This document shows, piece by piece, positions 51,201-64,000 of a stretch of 64,000 nt of DNA (its first letter is position 1; each line of letters begins with the position of its first letter). Origin of the DNA: Nymphaea colorata (lineage: Eukaryota). Location: the NCBI RefSeq assembly GCF_008831285.2, contig NC_045138.2, positions 5,084,001 to 5,148,000 of the forward strand. Direction: 5' to 3'. The notes under the pieces are model-generated. The model did not search any database and was not told where the DNA came from. It worked only from the letters and a program-made list of their open reading frames with translations. Made by a program: the position numbers and the translations under genes.

Positions 51201-54200
51201 TTTTTTTCAAGCTCGCCGTATTATATCCGAGAAAACCTCGCCATTTAAAACTCTGAAACGTTATACTATGATTTGAACCCATGGCTGCTCGCTTCACTAA
51301 GCAACAATTCCAATAATTCTCTTTCAAATAGAAAAAAAACCCACACCTCTTTGATCTTAAGCTCCACTACCTGATTCAACCTGACATGTTTTTGAAGAGG
51401 GGATTTTCTTTTATATGATCTTAAAAAATGGATCGTGTGCATTATATTCATAAAAGGAGAAGGGCAAGTCTGCAGAAAGAGCAAGGACATGAATACTGGC
51501 AAAGCTGGGGCATGACTGAATCACCATGTATCTATGAATTTATGGTAGATGAAGTTACAAAATAACAACTTATAGAACCGTCTCAGATGTGTCGTTTCAT
51601 TTGGTCAACACTCTGATGGTGTTGGTGTTGGATTTTGTTTTTCTGCTAAAAGTGCTTCTTGTCCTTCAACAATGAAATAAAGTTCCTTGATGCTGGTTCA
51701 TATTATAGGTTTAAATTGAATATCAGAACTGGTTATTTGATCTTTTTTAATAAAAAATATTGGAAAGATTTTGATGGACGCCTGCAAGCTAATGAAGCAC
51801 TTTTAAAGGATTGGACAAACTGATGAGTTGTACACGAATTTTATGTTGAAGGATGTAATATAGTATAACAGATGCTTGTTATGCAAGGACATGCACTTGA
51901 TGCCAGACTGATATACGACGAGCTTTTTTAGGAGCTATATAGGGAGCTTTAAATGATACTGTTCTGGACTTGTTTGGCCTATGGGTACATCTTCTGTGGT
52001 TATAGGTGGGATGAGCATCCATAGCTGAGAAGGTAGAATCTGTGATTGTTAGACACTGAGTCAGTCTTGTGACTAAGAATCACAGGATGAAAAGGAGATA
52101 TATTTAATTTTAAGGATCACAGGTTCACAATAAAAAACTGCATTCCTATTCATTTGAATAACTTGGTAACATTAACATGGCTGTGATTGTGATAACAGGA
52201 CCTTGAGAAAAGTATGAGAATTTGTGATATGCCCATACTAAATTCTTCATGTTATTTAGTGATGTGTAGGTACATGGGCTCATATATTTAAGAAGACAAA
52301 GATTGTGGAAGAACAACATTTTGTTGTTTATTTCATGTATTGGCAATGACAACATTTTGGCATTGTAGCAATTGCACAATCTACTAATGATGGACTAGAA
52401 GCTTTATGATAGAATCTAAAATGTGGCAGAATCCATTGAGCAACTCTTTAAAATATTAAAGAAGTCTAAATGGTATGGCATGCTTATGATAGTTTATACT
52501 ATCAAAGAAGAAAAATGGAAAAAACATTGTTGTGAAAGTGTTACCACTTTGTGCTGTTTCTTTTCTTGATTCTTGACCAACTTATGTTTATGAGTTACTA
52601 TTGCTGTACACTAGCTTATTTCATGAACTTTATGATTTACAAGTTGTTCTATCTTCTACATTATTTTTTGTACTTTTCAACCAAGCTGGAGTAAGTTGGA
52701 TATGTAACTTGGGCATTGAAGTCTTGACCTTCTTTAGCTTCAAGGTTCCAAGTCCAATCCCCAGCTTGGTGGATGAAACTCTTGTTGGGAATTCATAATT
52801 TGTCATGAATATTTGTAGTTAATTTTTTTTGGGTTTTGCAACAGTTGTGACTGTTAATGACTATTTGGCTCAGCGTGATGCTGAGTGGATGGGACGTGTT
52901 CATCGTTTCTTGGGTCTATCAGTTGGTCTTATACAGGTACCACTTGCTAGTTTGTGGCTGTTGCAATCTTCTCTGGGAACTTCATGTTTTTTTCCATGTT
53001 AGTCTCTAATACGCCATTATGTAGAGTGGCATGCGATCCGAAGAGAGGAGAGCCAGCTATTCCTGTGATATAACATACATTAATAACTCCGTATGTTCCT
53101 TTGCTTTTGCTCCATTTTGTATATGTTTGCTCTCTCCATTCATTTATTTATGATAAAACTTTATGTTAAGGCATGAATTCCATTCTTATCAATATTTCAC
53201 TCTCTGTATTAGTATTTCTTACCTGGGATTTATGTCCTGGTTCTGAATTTAGGTTATGGCATCCTACAGGAACTTGGTTTTGACTATCTTCGTGACAACT
53301 TATCTGAAAGTAAAGGGCAACTTGTTATGAGATGGTACATGCTTGGACCTTGCACATGCCTAACATCTAAGAATCAAAGAACACATCCCACATCTTAGAT
53401 CCATTTCTTTGTGAATGTTCAAGTGTTAATTTTGGCTTCTTTTTTTTCATCAAAATTTTCATACAACCCAAAACAAAGGCCGAAACCTTTCCACTTTGCA
53501 ATTGTTGATGAAGTGGACTCAGTCTTGATCGATGAAGGGCGAAACCCGTTGTTAATAAGTGGTGAGGTAAGTTTTCTGGTGAACAGGCAGTACCTTACAG
53601 CATATGACATGGGTGGCTCATTCAAGTTCTTCGGTGCTTTTTCTTTTGTTAGGCTAACAAAGATGCTGCAAGATATCCTGTTGCTGCAAAAGTAGCTGAG
53701 CTTCTCCTACGTGGCCATGTGAGCTTCAGTGCTTTTCCATTTGATAGGTGAATAAGAAGCTGCTATATATATATATATATATAGGAGACGTGAGGAGCGA
53801 CGCCAGCAATGCATTGTTCCCCACATGGCTCTGTTGGCCATTTCATTTATCTTACTCGGACGTCTCTTTTCTTATTAAACAATAAACATAAAGCACGGTG
53901 CACTAACACAAGCCGCAACAGACCTCAAAGTTGCTGGAGCCCGCCTGGCTGGGCAGTCTCTATTGTCTTTTTTTTTTTGTTTTTTTTGTGTGTGTGTGTG
54001 TGTGTGTGTGGGTGGGGGGGAGGGGGTGGGATGGCGGAGACGGGAGGTGAGGGAACAACCCCTACCCAGAGTTGTTCTTCATTTTTCCTATATATATGTA
54101 TATATAGTCCCTGAATGGTAACTCTAAAACTACCTTGCACTAGGGGACGGCCCACAATTGCCGTCCTTTTATTTATTTATTTATTTAAAATTTTTTGTTT

Positions 54201-57200
54201 ATCATGCAGTGCACAACGGAAGAAGGGGGGGGGGGGCAATTCACCTCCCCTTTCCCCTCCCATCACTGGCGCCGCCTGATTGTCAGGCACCATTGGGCTG
54301 CACTGGTGATGGGAGGGGGCTCCAGTGTGGGTGTGCTTTTTTTTTTTCTTTTTGGGTGGTGGGTGGGTGTGTTGGCTTTGGGTGAGTAATCACCCCTCTC
54401 CCTTCCTCCATCATTTTGGTTCACGAGCACTGGAAAAAAAAAAAAGAAGAAAGACTGCCACAGGGCTGGCCCTGATGGGCAGTCCCTAGGTGTCCAACTT
54501 TTTTTTGTGTCACCATTCAATTTTCCTATATATATATTATGTATATACATACGCACACACAACACATACGCATTCTGTGGTTTTAATTGTCCATCATGAG
54601 AAAAAAAAAGACAACCTAATTCCAAAGGGCAGATTCTTGGTAGTATTATGATTATTTGCAAGAATAATGTAGGCCACTATGAGTTTGAGTCCAGAAGAAA
54701 CAAGTGCACATAAAATAACATATTCTGTTGGTTATGATCTGAGAACATTCTATTGGTCTGCATTGCAGCATTACAACATTGAATTAAAGGATAACTCTGT
54801 GGAATTGACTGAGGAAGGAGTTGCCCTTGCCGAATTGGCTCTTGAAACAAGTGATCTATGGGATGAAAATGATCCATGGGCAAGGTATAATTGATTGGAT
54901 TGCTGAGATTTCTTCTTATCCTCTTGTTGTCAATATGTAGTCTTATTTTCTTCATTTTACAAGCGAGAAGTAGGCATCTGTTTTCTCTTTTTTGTTTGAT
55001 CTACTGAATGTAGCACTTCTATTCTATGTGATGTTTTTTTTGAGCTTGATCAGCTTAGTCTTTGTCTCCACACAAGATGCTTACACTTTCCGTGTCTTAT
55101 TTTTTTGAAGTTACACTAGCCTGCAGCAATTGCCAAGCATACGTCAAATAACAATACTATTCTCAGCATTTCAGTTTCATGACATTTCATCTTCTCAATA
55201 AATTTTTAAAATTTAAAATTGCTGCTTTGGGAATATCTCTGATTCTCTTGAACAGCTGCACATTATGATACACTTATCTAATGTTCTTGATTTGTTGAAA
55301 CAGGGAAGTAGATGAAACCAGAGTGAGGCAATATAAAAATGTCTCACATAAGATTTTCTTTTAACAATACAAAGGCATAAAGAATTGCAACCAATTTCTA
55401 AATATTTTCTAGCATTTCACATATTATTTTTCATGTTCAAAATATACAGTAACTGAATGGACTTGCAGAATTGTTCTTACAAAAGTTTTCCAATATATTC
55501 AGAATGTTTCAGATTATTTGAGAAATATTTAATGGCTGGTCGTTTCTGTTGTAAGAATTGTCTGTTTGATCATGTTAGTTGGAAAAAGACATCAATACCC
55601 TTGACTGTTTTCAGAATTATGTTCATCCAAGTTACTGTCTGAGAAGTATGTAGCTAGGGATAAATTAGTGTCTTGATCTGGTTTGCATTATTATTTGTGG
55701 TTTATGTGATCATATTGGAAAGAAAGCTATACTATAGCATCCAAAATTCCATCTATCTTCTTCATGTGTGGGGATTGTGTACATCTAATTGTGCTAATGC
55801 CGACTAGATTTACCTAGAGGCTGCATGTAAATTATGTAGAAGTTGTATTCATAGGCAAGCAAATTAAAATGACACAAAAACTTGGACGAACATAGGAGTT
55901 GGTGAATCTTGATTTGAGCTCTGAGTCAATAGTCGCTGCCTACTTTGACCTTTTCTTCTTCAAATAATAGTGTCAGTAATTACAGGTTCATTATGAATGC
56001 TCTCAAGGCTAAAGAATTCTATCGACGGAATGTCCAGTATATTGTCCGCAATGGTAAAGCACTCATAATCAATGAGGTGAGTTTACCTTTAATAAGGGGA
56101 AAATTCCCAAAGTTACTAATACAATGTTGAAATACTTATTCATTCAATGTCATTGGTCTGTAAGCTTTTTTTGAGAGGCAATGACCAGGTTTTCATGAAA
56201 TTGCATTTTATTGTTTGGGTTTGAATCTTTTCTGGAAAAAGACAAGTAGCAAGCAGTTTACTTGAATTTGCTAACTATGTTTTTTTTTTGCCTGGGGATG
56301 TCATGTGTTCAATTTTGTGTACTTCCTGCACCAGTCTGTTGGCAACACAATGACATGGAAAATTTATCTTTATTATTATTAGGAGTGTAACTTGGGTTAG
56401 ACATATTTGGTTTAAAACTTTAAATCCATCTTGCTTTTGTATTTGTTTCCAGCTATATTGCCAAGTCGCCAAACACCAGGCACAGCCTGGATGACAGGCT
56501 ACAGCTAGGCTCTAGGTGAAATTATGTGACCATTTTACTAACCGTGTAATATAATACAAATCTTGTATAATTCATATTATAGAATATTTCTGATCCATAA
56601 CAGTCAAGTTCCATAGCAACCAAATGCATAGTTTATCTTGCCTATTTCTATATAGACTGAACTTCGATGGAAATGGGCTTTCTACTTCCTTAAATTGCCC
56701 ATTTCCAAGTTTATTGAAGAGTGAACACTTCCTTTTCGACTTCCATAATTAGTAATTAACATAATTGACAGTTTCCATGTTTATTTACTGCTTACTAAAT
56801 ACACTTTAATTGAACCCCAATATGATTTTCCACCTTCCATGGACTATGCACATGCATGCCTAATTACATACAAGTGCACCTAGGCATGAGGATATGCACA
56901 CGCCCACCTGCCATCGCTTAAGTGCTGGACTTAGGCAATGACGGTGGAGTTGGGACTAAGTGATGTCTAGGCATGCGCCTTGGCATCGCCTCAACAACAT
57001 AGGTTTCCAGTGAATCTGTTCCTCACTTTACAGTTCAGTTGCGTAATATAGCTTTTGGTCATTGTATACATGGTTTTAACTGGTTGAAGTTAGAAAATCC
57101 TATATCTTATACCATATTAGAGAAAATTCTGAATCAGTTCGATTGCAATTTGAATCACTTGTTGTTTCATGTATCTATCAAGGCTTAGTAAAAGGTTCAA

Positions 57201-60200
57201 TTCCAAACCGATGGGTTAGAGCATCCACTTGAGATTGTTTTGGGTCCATGAAACATGGGTACACCAGTTTAGGCGACGAAACCGTGTTGACACAGGTTTG
57301 GGTACAGGTATGGGCATGGACACATGGACATATCCCTGTACCCAATTTTTGAACTTGGACAGAACCCATACCTGAACCCACACCCATACCCATGTGACAT
57401 AGTTTTGGGTTCGAGTAACCTTCTGTATGGCCATTTCAGCTGGTCTTCATTGGGTTTATTTAGGGACATGGGCCGTCTATACCTGTCACTGCTTCCCTGG
57501 GAAGGTGTCATCCACAGTATAACTTCAAAATGATTTCTTTAGATAGCTGTACCTTTTAGTTCTTTAGAACTTTGTAAAAAAAAAAAACCTGAACCAGTTC
57601 GATTACAAATTGAATGGCATCTTGTTTCTTGTTTCTTTTCATGTATTATCAAGTTTTAGTAAAAGGAGCAACTCAAAACCAAAGGATTAGAACATCCAAT
57701 CAAAATTGTTTTGGGTTCCAATAACCTTTTCTGTGGCCATTTCAGCTGGTCCTTCCTGGGTATATGGACCTGTGCCACTTATACCTGTAACTGCTTCCTC
57801 GAGAAGCAACTATCCACAGGATAACTTTAAAATGATTCCTTTAGTTACGTGCAACTTCTAGTGCTTTAGAACTTTGTTATGCACATTCTCTAGTTGTTTG
57901 ATGGGGTGTATATAGTTGAGAATCCTGAAATTTTACAGCTGACTGGAAGAGTTGAGGAAAAAAGGAGGTGGTCTGAAGGAATTCATCAGGCTGTGGAGGC
58001 CAAAGAAGGTCTCGAAATCCAGGTATTTGATCTGGCTATTTAATATTTGGGCAATTGCTGAAAGCCTTCTTATAATTATCTAAGTTATGATCATGTTTTG
58101 TAGGCAGATTCTGTAGTTGTGGCGCAAATTACATACCAATCACTGTTTAAACTTTATCCCAAGTTGTCAGGAATGACAGGAACTGCTAAAACAGAAGTAG
58201 GCAAATCTTCTGCTTTTTCAGCAACTTTTTTGATGAATTCTTCTTTTAGATCTTTAACCGGTCACTTTATGCTGTGCTTGCAGGAGAAAGAATTTCTGAA
58301 AATGTTCCAAATGCCAGTTATTGAAATTCCCACTAATTTGCCAAACATCCGTAAAGATTTACCAATTCAAGCTTTTGCAGTATGTAGCTGCAGTCTCTTG
58401 TGCATTGTTATGGGTTATTTTGCATTTCATGAGTTTGCATGTTAAACATTTCTTAGACTGCTCAAGGGAAATGGGAGTTTGTTCGAGAAGAAGTCAAAGA
58501 TATGTTTGAAAAAGGGCGCCCTGTTTTGGTTGGAACAACAAGGTAGGATTGCATATTTGGCATCTTGAGCAAGTTCTATAGGTGTCAATGTCTAGGGCAT
58601 CTTATTCTATACTATGTTCCTACATTTTCCTTTTCCCTTTTTTCCCCTGAGGAACACTTTCCTCTGTTACATGGCATTTCTGATGGATCAATTAAATCAT
58701 ACTATTTGGACAACAGGATTTTTGTTACTCTCCAAATATCTGAGGCTATTTTTAATTGACGCTCTAAGTCAATGTGTGTCTGCATGCATGATATGTTAGT
58801 AATTCCAACAGGAAAGCTGGATAAGGCCGTTCTGGGATAATTATTAAAAAGATTGTAGATAGAATTTCCAAGAAACAGAATATCCAAGAAAGAATAAAAA
58901 TAATCAAAGACAGATCTAAAGCTAACTTAGCGAACATGGAACTGCAAAAAATTCGAGATCCTTTTATGAGGAAAGGAAGGTTTGAACTACAATAAAATCC
59001 AAAATCCTTATCTTGAGAATACTTAAAAAAGTTAAAAAGAGAATTCCATCGAGTGAAAAAACAATAAAGCCAGTATCCTTTCAATGTTAAAGGAAGTCAT
59101 TATGAATTTCAGCTGTGGATTTGTTGTTATTGTTTGAATAAGAATAGGATCTTGTCTTCTCAATCTTTTCTTGTAAAATGCCATTGACCTCTTATTCTGG
59201 TTATATAATAAAGATTTTACAACATGGAATAATCTAATAGGAAATTGGTCTACTAGGTTAACTTTTCTTTCAGGGTAAAGTATAAATTCATGCATCATTT
59301 GCTAGTGTAACATATTTTAACTGGTGATTGTTCTAAATTCTAATTGAATGCCTAAAATCTGTGCAGTGTTGAGAATTCTGAATATTTATCTGATCTTTTG
59401 AGGGAGTGGAACATCCCCCACAATGTTCTTAATGCACGGCCAAAGGTTATCTGCTGCAACTTCTCAGGAATTATTTAGATTGTTTATTGAATTTTATTAT
59501 TTCATTTTCTTGACTTTTTTATAAATCTTATGTTCTTGTTTGTATCTAGTATGCAGCTAGAGAAGCAGAGATTGTCGCCCAAGCTGGACGCAAGTGTGCA
59601 ATCACAATTTCTACAAATATGGCTGGTAGAGGCACAGACATCATTCTAGGCGGAAACCCCAAGGCATGTATATGCTTCGTAGCTAATTCAAAGTTTCAAA
59701 CTTAGATTATGCACAGAAATGCTCTACTCAGCTTGCATTCTGATGCTAAGGGTTCTTGTTCTAGTGTTCTTGGTTCTATGTAGATTGTGTTTAGTAATGA
59801 CAGAAGTATCATGCATTTCTGATGCTGACATTTAAGAGTTCTTGTTGAAGTGCTTTTGGAATGTGTTGTGTAGATGGTATTTCTGTAATATCAGAAATCT
59901 CAATGTCTTGCACATTTCAGATGCTTGCTAAGGATATTATCGAGGATAGTTTGATTTTTTTCTTAACTGAAGATGCTCCAAATGCTGAAACTGATGGTGA
60001 GCCAATCTCGCAACAGGTAAAAGTTTATAAAGCTGCACCTTTGTATTTTCTTTTTGTTGCTTTGTATGCTGTGGAACTATTTACTCTTTTCATTATATGA
60101 AATTTGTAGCTTCATTGCAGGGCCTGTCGAAAGTAAAAGTGGGGCCATCCTCAATGGCTGTTCTGGCAAAGGTGGCACTCATGGGTAAGTGGCTTATTTT

Positions 60201-63200
60201 TTCTCCCTTCTTAGTAGCATGCTGGATTACTTTGAAGTGAATTCACCAGGTCATTTTATTCTAAAATGAATTGAGTGGGAATCATCCAGCAAAATATGCA
60301 ACCAAAAAGGAGGGCAGGCGTTGGACCTACCGGGAGGCAAAATCCATGATAGCAGAATCAATACAGTTTAGTCAGACAGTGAGCACACATGAAATAGAAC
60401 GGCGCCTGAAAGAAGAAACAGACATGCATCCGTTTGATCTCACCATTGCACTTGCATATTCACTGGTTCTCAGAGATTGTGAACTACACTGTTTCCATGA
60501 AGGGGTTGAAGTGAAAAATTTAGGTGGTCTTCATGTCATTGGTACTTCTTTGCATGAATCTCGCCGGATAGATAATCAGGTTAGTGGTATTGCATTTTGT
60601 GCTTAAACCTGTGAAGTTCATATGTTTGCGGTAAATTCTTGTGGTTGGAACTTGGAACTGTGATCATATGTTTGCTTATCATTTCTTATACATGTAAATT
60701 CTTATGGTTGGAACTTGGAACTGTTAGCAAGACAGTGGAGTTCTGAAGGATTCAAGGCTATGTATGTCCAGATTTATAAGCTGCAGATAGCTTGAATACA
60801 CACTTTTTTTCTTATGCAACTGCTGTTTGTCATATATATTCACTATTCGACGTTTGTTGTCTGTTCTTAGCTTGATAGTTGCCTTTTCTGGGGATTTACC
60901 AAACATTTAGCACTTCATTATTTCACCTCGAGACACTGCATCGTTGATATACTTTCTCTTAATCCCAACTGTATGACATGGCGTGAGAGCGCTTCTGTCA
61001 GTTATCCCCCATAAACCACTCTTCATAGACCATTTAGATTAACTATTACTACTTAGTTTTGAAGAAAATTGCATTGTGCCATCATTTCTTATCTATATGC
61101 AATTAGAGGGAGGAATTTTTTTCACATCTTAGGAGATCTATTTCATGATAATCTGTAACACCTTGCTTCCATTGTGTTCATCTGTGGTCTATCAATGTTT
61201 CTTGATAATGTCGTGCCTAGATTTATATTGGTGAGTATAGTGGTTGTCTCACTTCCTCTTTGATATTCAGCTTCGTGGAAGAGCAGGGAGGCAAGGTGAT
61301 CCTGGATCAACAAGGTTTATGGTGAGGTACTGCTTCCAGCATTAAAGTTTGTGCAGCATTACTTGGACCTTATTCTCTTATTTTCAAGTGTGTAATAACT
61401 GGGACATTCAAATGCCTTCCATTCGGAGGTTGTTTCTCCAATCTATGCAAGGGAAACAACTATCCTTTGTAAGAAACTAGGACCAGATGGAACTTATTCC
61501 TAATTGCCTTTTTGTTTTCCACAAATGGCACAGGCTAAGTCTCAGCCTTGTGCATTTTCTTTTGTATGGAATGCTATTTACACAGAACTTTTGGTCGAGC
61601 TGTCTCTGATAATATGTTGCTATCTTAGGAGTCTTGTCTTCTATCATCAACATGTAAATACGAATATGTTTCCTTGCTTGGTCTCATAGGAAGAGATTCC
61701 ACTGTCTGGCTTATTTTGTTATCTTCATGAGTAGCTAATCTACTTCTTGTCTTATGGCTTGTGTTGTTCGTCTATCGATCTTGTCTTACCAGGTATCAAT
61801 TCTCAAAGTCTAATTTTTAGGTACTACTCTGGATATTAAGGTTTCCTGTCAATGGTTTTATAGACTTACCATGTTAGGTGTTTTTATATTTTCTTTATGT
61901 ATTTTAAAGTGATATCAATACAATGTGATTAACTTCAATTTCTTAGTAGCCTGGAGTTCTCTTTAAGAAAAAGTTTAGTCCTTACTTCTTCAGACTCCAG
62001 GATTTTCATTTGGGCATATTGGGAGTTTTTATATCAAGAACCATTTTGTCTTTGATTTTTCCATTGCAAAGGTCTGCTTATATTTTCATTAGCTGGCTTT
62101 TGTGACTATGGCTTATCTATGTGACGGTTCTCCACTTAAACAGTTTGCAGGATGAGATGTTTCAGAAGTTCAATTTTGACACAGAGTGGGCTGTTAGAAT
62201 AATTTCAAAGATTAATAATGATGAAAATATTCCAATTGAAGGTGCTCCAATTCTAAAACAGGTGATCTAGTTGTTTGCAATCCCAGTGTTTGTTTAACAC
62301 TTTTAACTTAATTTTTTCTTTAATGACTGATTTTTCTTTTTTACTTATGTTATTATAGCTTTTGGCTCTACAAATAAATGCAGAAAAGTACTTTTTCGGG
62401 ATAAGAAAGAGTCTAGTTGAGTTCGATGAAGTATTAGAGGTACTTTTTCAAAATTATATGTTATTGCACTCTTTGTTAGGTTTATTTGATATCTCAACTG
62501 ATGCATACTAAGTAGTCCTTTTTCTGAACAAGAATCTTATGTATGATCCACAAGATATACAGTATCATAAGTATTGCTCCAGCCTTTTTTATTAAGAGTA
62601 GATGCTAAAGTGAGTACACAAGAGAATTTTGATGACAAGTGCAATTTGATTTTATGATTTATGTCATGGTATTGTGTTGGAACAAGTGTACTCATATAAG
62701 AGCAATTAGACATTTTTTTCCTAAAAAATACAAAATATAAGTTTTATAGAAACATTTCAGCCAAATATCAGTTGAAATTTTGTAAGGAATGAAACTTCTC
62801 TTATGTTTTATGATGTCATCTCAGTTGATACATATGTTAATTCCATTATTGGTCATTACTGAAAACTTTTTGGGCCATTTTAACAAGGTGTCTGGTAATT
62901 TTTTTTGTTCTGGCCTTACTATCTAATTCCTAAATGTTGCTTTATGTCTTTCGGAACTTCTCATCTTTGTTGAAAATTCAGACAAAATACTTTTGATGTT
63001 TGAGTGCATCTATGTGCTTTATTAGAATCTTTTTATTTTCTTTGTTTGATCCATGGATGCATCACTATTTCACAATATCAACATTCAGCCTGAGCTCTAA
63101 TGCTGCTTCGTTTACAGGTTCAGCGAAAGCACATCTATGATTTGAGGCAGTCAGTGCTAATGGGCGATTCGGAGAACTGTTGCCAACGAATATATCAGTA

Positions 63201-63949
63201 AGTCTTCAATAGTGTACCTTTGTGTGGGGCGTGAATAAATCAAGGAATCCTATAAGGGAGACCCTCAGAGAGATCAGATATCAATGTGTACAAACAAGCC
63301 TCATCTTAGGAAGATAATCAACACCAAGAACTCAATAATAATAAGAGGATTGTGTTCAAACCCGTAAAGCACAAAGAAAAAATTGATGTTAAAAGAGGGG
63401 AGTCATGTGTGTATACAACCATGGAAAGTGCCCACCCACTCCTAAAGGCATAAGCATGATTATACTAATGCTCTTTAGGCTCCATTGATATTACAAAAGG
63501 TAGAAAATAAAAGAACACAAAAGGAAAAATAGATTGAGGGGGTTTTGACCCATTTCTTCCATTATTTTCAACAACACAGTAAGACCTGGGATAAAATATG
63601 CATGCTTACATTCGTTTTTCTTTGAGGATTATGCCTTTGCATGAAATTGTTTCGGCTACTACAGTTGTTGAAGTCTTCTAAATATACCAACTTCCTAAAT
63701 ACAAAATCATATCTAAATGTGGTTACTTTAATATTGTGCAGGTACATGCAAGAGGTTGTAGACGAAATTGTCATTGGGAATGTTGATTCAACTAAGGTTG
63801 GAGAAGTGATTTATTGAATCCACTAATTTGAATATATATGTGCTTCTTCTGTTGATTCAAATTTTTGTTTTCTCTTTAGCCACCAAGAAGCTGGAATTTG
63901 GGAAAAATTTTGGATGAATTTCTTGGAATTGCAGGGAAGATAATATCAG
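48256..63949 (+). CDS. SECA2: Plastid preprotein translocase SECA2, about 28 exons in the window, 3' end beyond the window
   Basis: Ser-rich transit peptide in exon 48256-48435. NYWVVRDY segment typical of plant SECA2. Motifs [100 protein letters not shown] and [21 protein letters not shown]. Last visible exon 63880-63949. Confidence 0.95.
50888..51270. mobile_element. Probable MITE related to 6983-7230, in a SECA2 intron
   Basis: Starts CATAGTCACAAAAACACG, has a T/A-run-rich interior, and ends ...ACTATG. No clean TSD. Confidence 0.4.
53765..54537. mobile_element. Probable (TA)n-associated non-autonomous element(s) in a SECA2 intron
   Basis: GC-richer insert between TA tracts with TATATAGGA...TCCTATATA ends. 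The right end GTCACCATTCAATTTTC resembles the end of the ~6281-6504 element (GTCACCATTCATTTTTTC). Confidence 0.45.
57129..57875. repeat. Old ~290-bp tandem duplication in a SECA2 intron; copy 1 is interrupted by a MITE
   Basis: CTGAAxCAGTTCGATT...TTTAGAACTTTGT at ~57129-57575 and ~57589-57876. Confidence 0.88.
57246..57402. mobile_element. 157-bp hAT-like MITE (CTATGTCACA family)
   Basis: TIRs CCATGAAACATGGG / CCCATGTGACATAG with a perfect 8-bp TSD TTTTGGGT (57238-57245, 57403-57410). The neighbouring duplicate has a single TTTTGGGT. Confidence 0.92.
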
Positions 63950-64000
63950 GTACTTTTTGTTATGTGTTCTTGCCTAGTTGATAATCCATATATTTTTATC

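Noticed and set aside
50530..52150. Possible highly decayed LINE in the long SECA2 intron; also a possible LTR fragment at ~63230-63560
   Set aside because: Only a compositional impression; no motif, terminus or TSD could be confirmed.

Overview
Flowering-plant nuclear DNA with spliceosomal introns; the species cannot be determined from the sequence. Four host genes look intact: GPI1/PIG-Q (-, 9 exons, 160-5437), KIWI/PC4 coactivator (+, 4 exons, 26244-30456), SRT2 sirtuin (+, 11 exons, 35181-45816) and plastid SECA2 (+, about 28 exons from 48256, running off the right edge). Between GPI1 and KIWI lies a 17.7-kb block bounded by long inverted repeats (8275-10092 and 24279-25945). The block encloses a GC-rich LTR-like remnant, a 3'-truncated H+-pyrophosphatase (AVP1-type) pseudogene with an Ac/Ds-type excision footprint, a full-length but decayed Ty1/copia element, and a 5'-truncated PLS-E PPR gene cut by a hAT-type element that is itself cut at the repeat junction. 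The two arms are identical at their inner ends and clearly diverged at their outer ends, which points to a recent repair or conversion event. Many small hAT-like, Tourist-like and (TA)n-associated elements and short tandem duplications occur in introns and intergenic DNA. All alignments and counts were done by eye.
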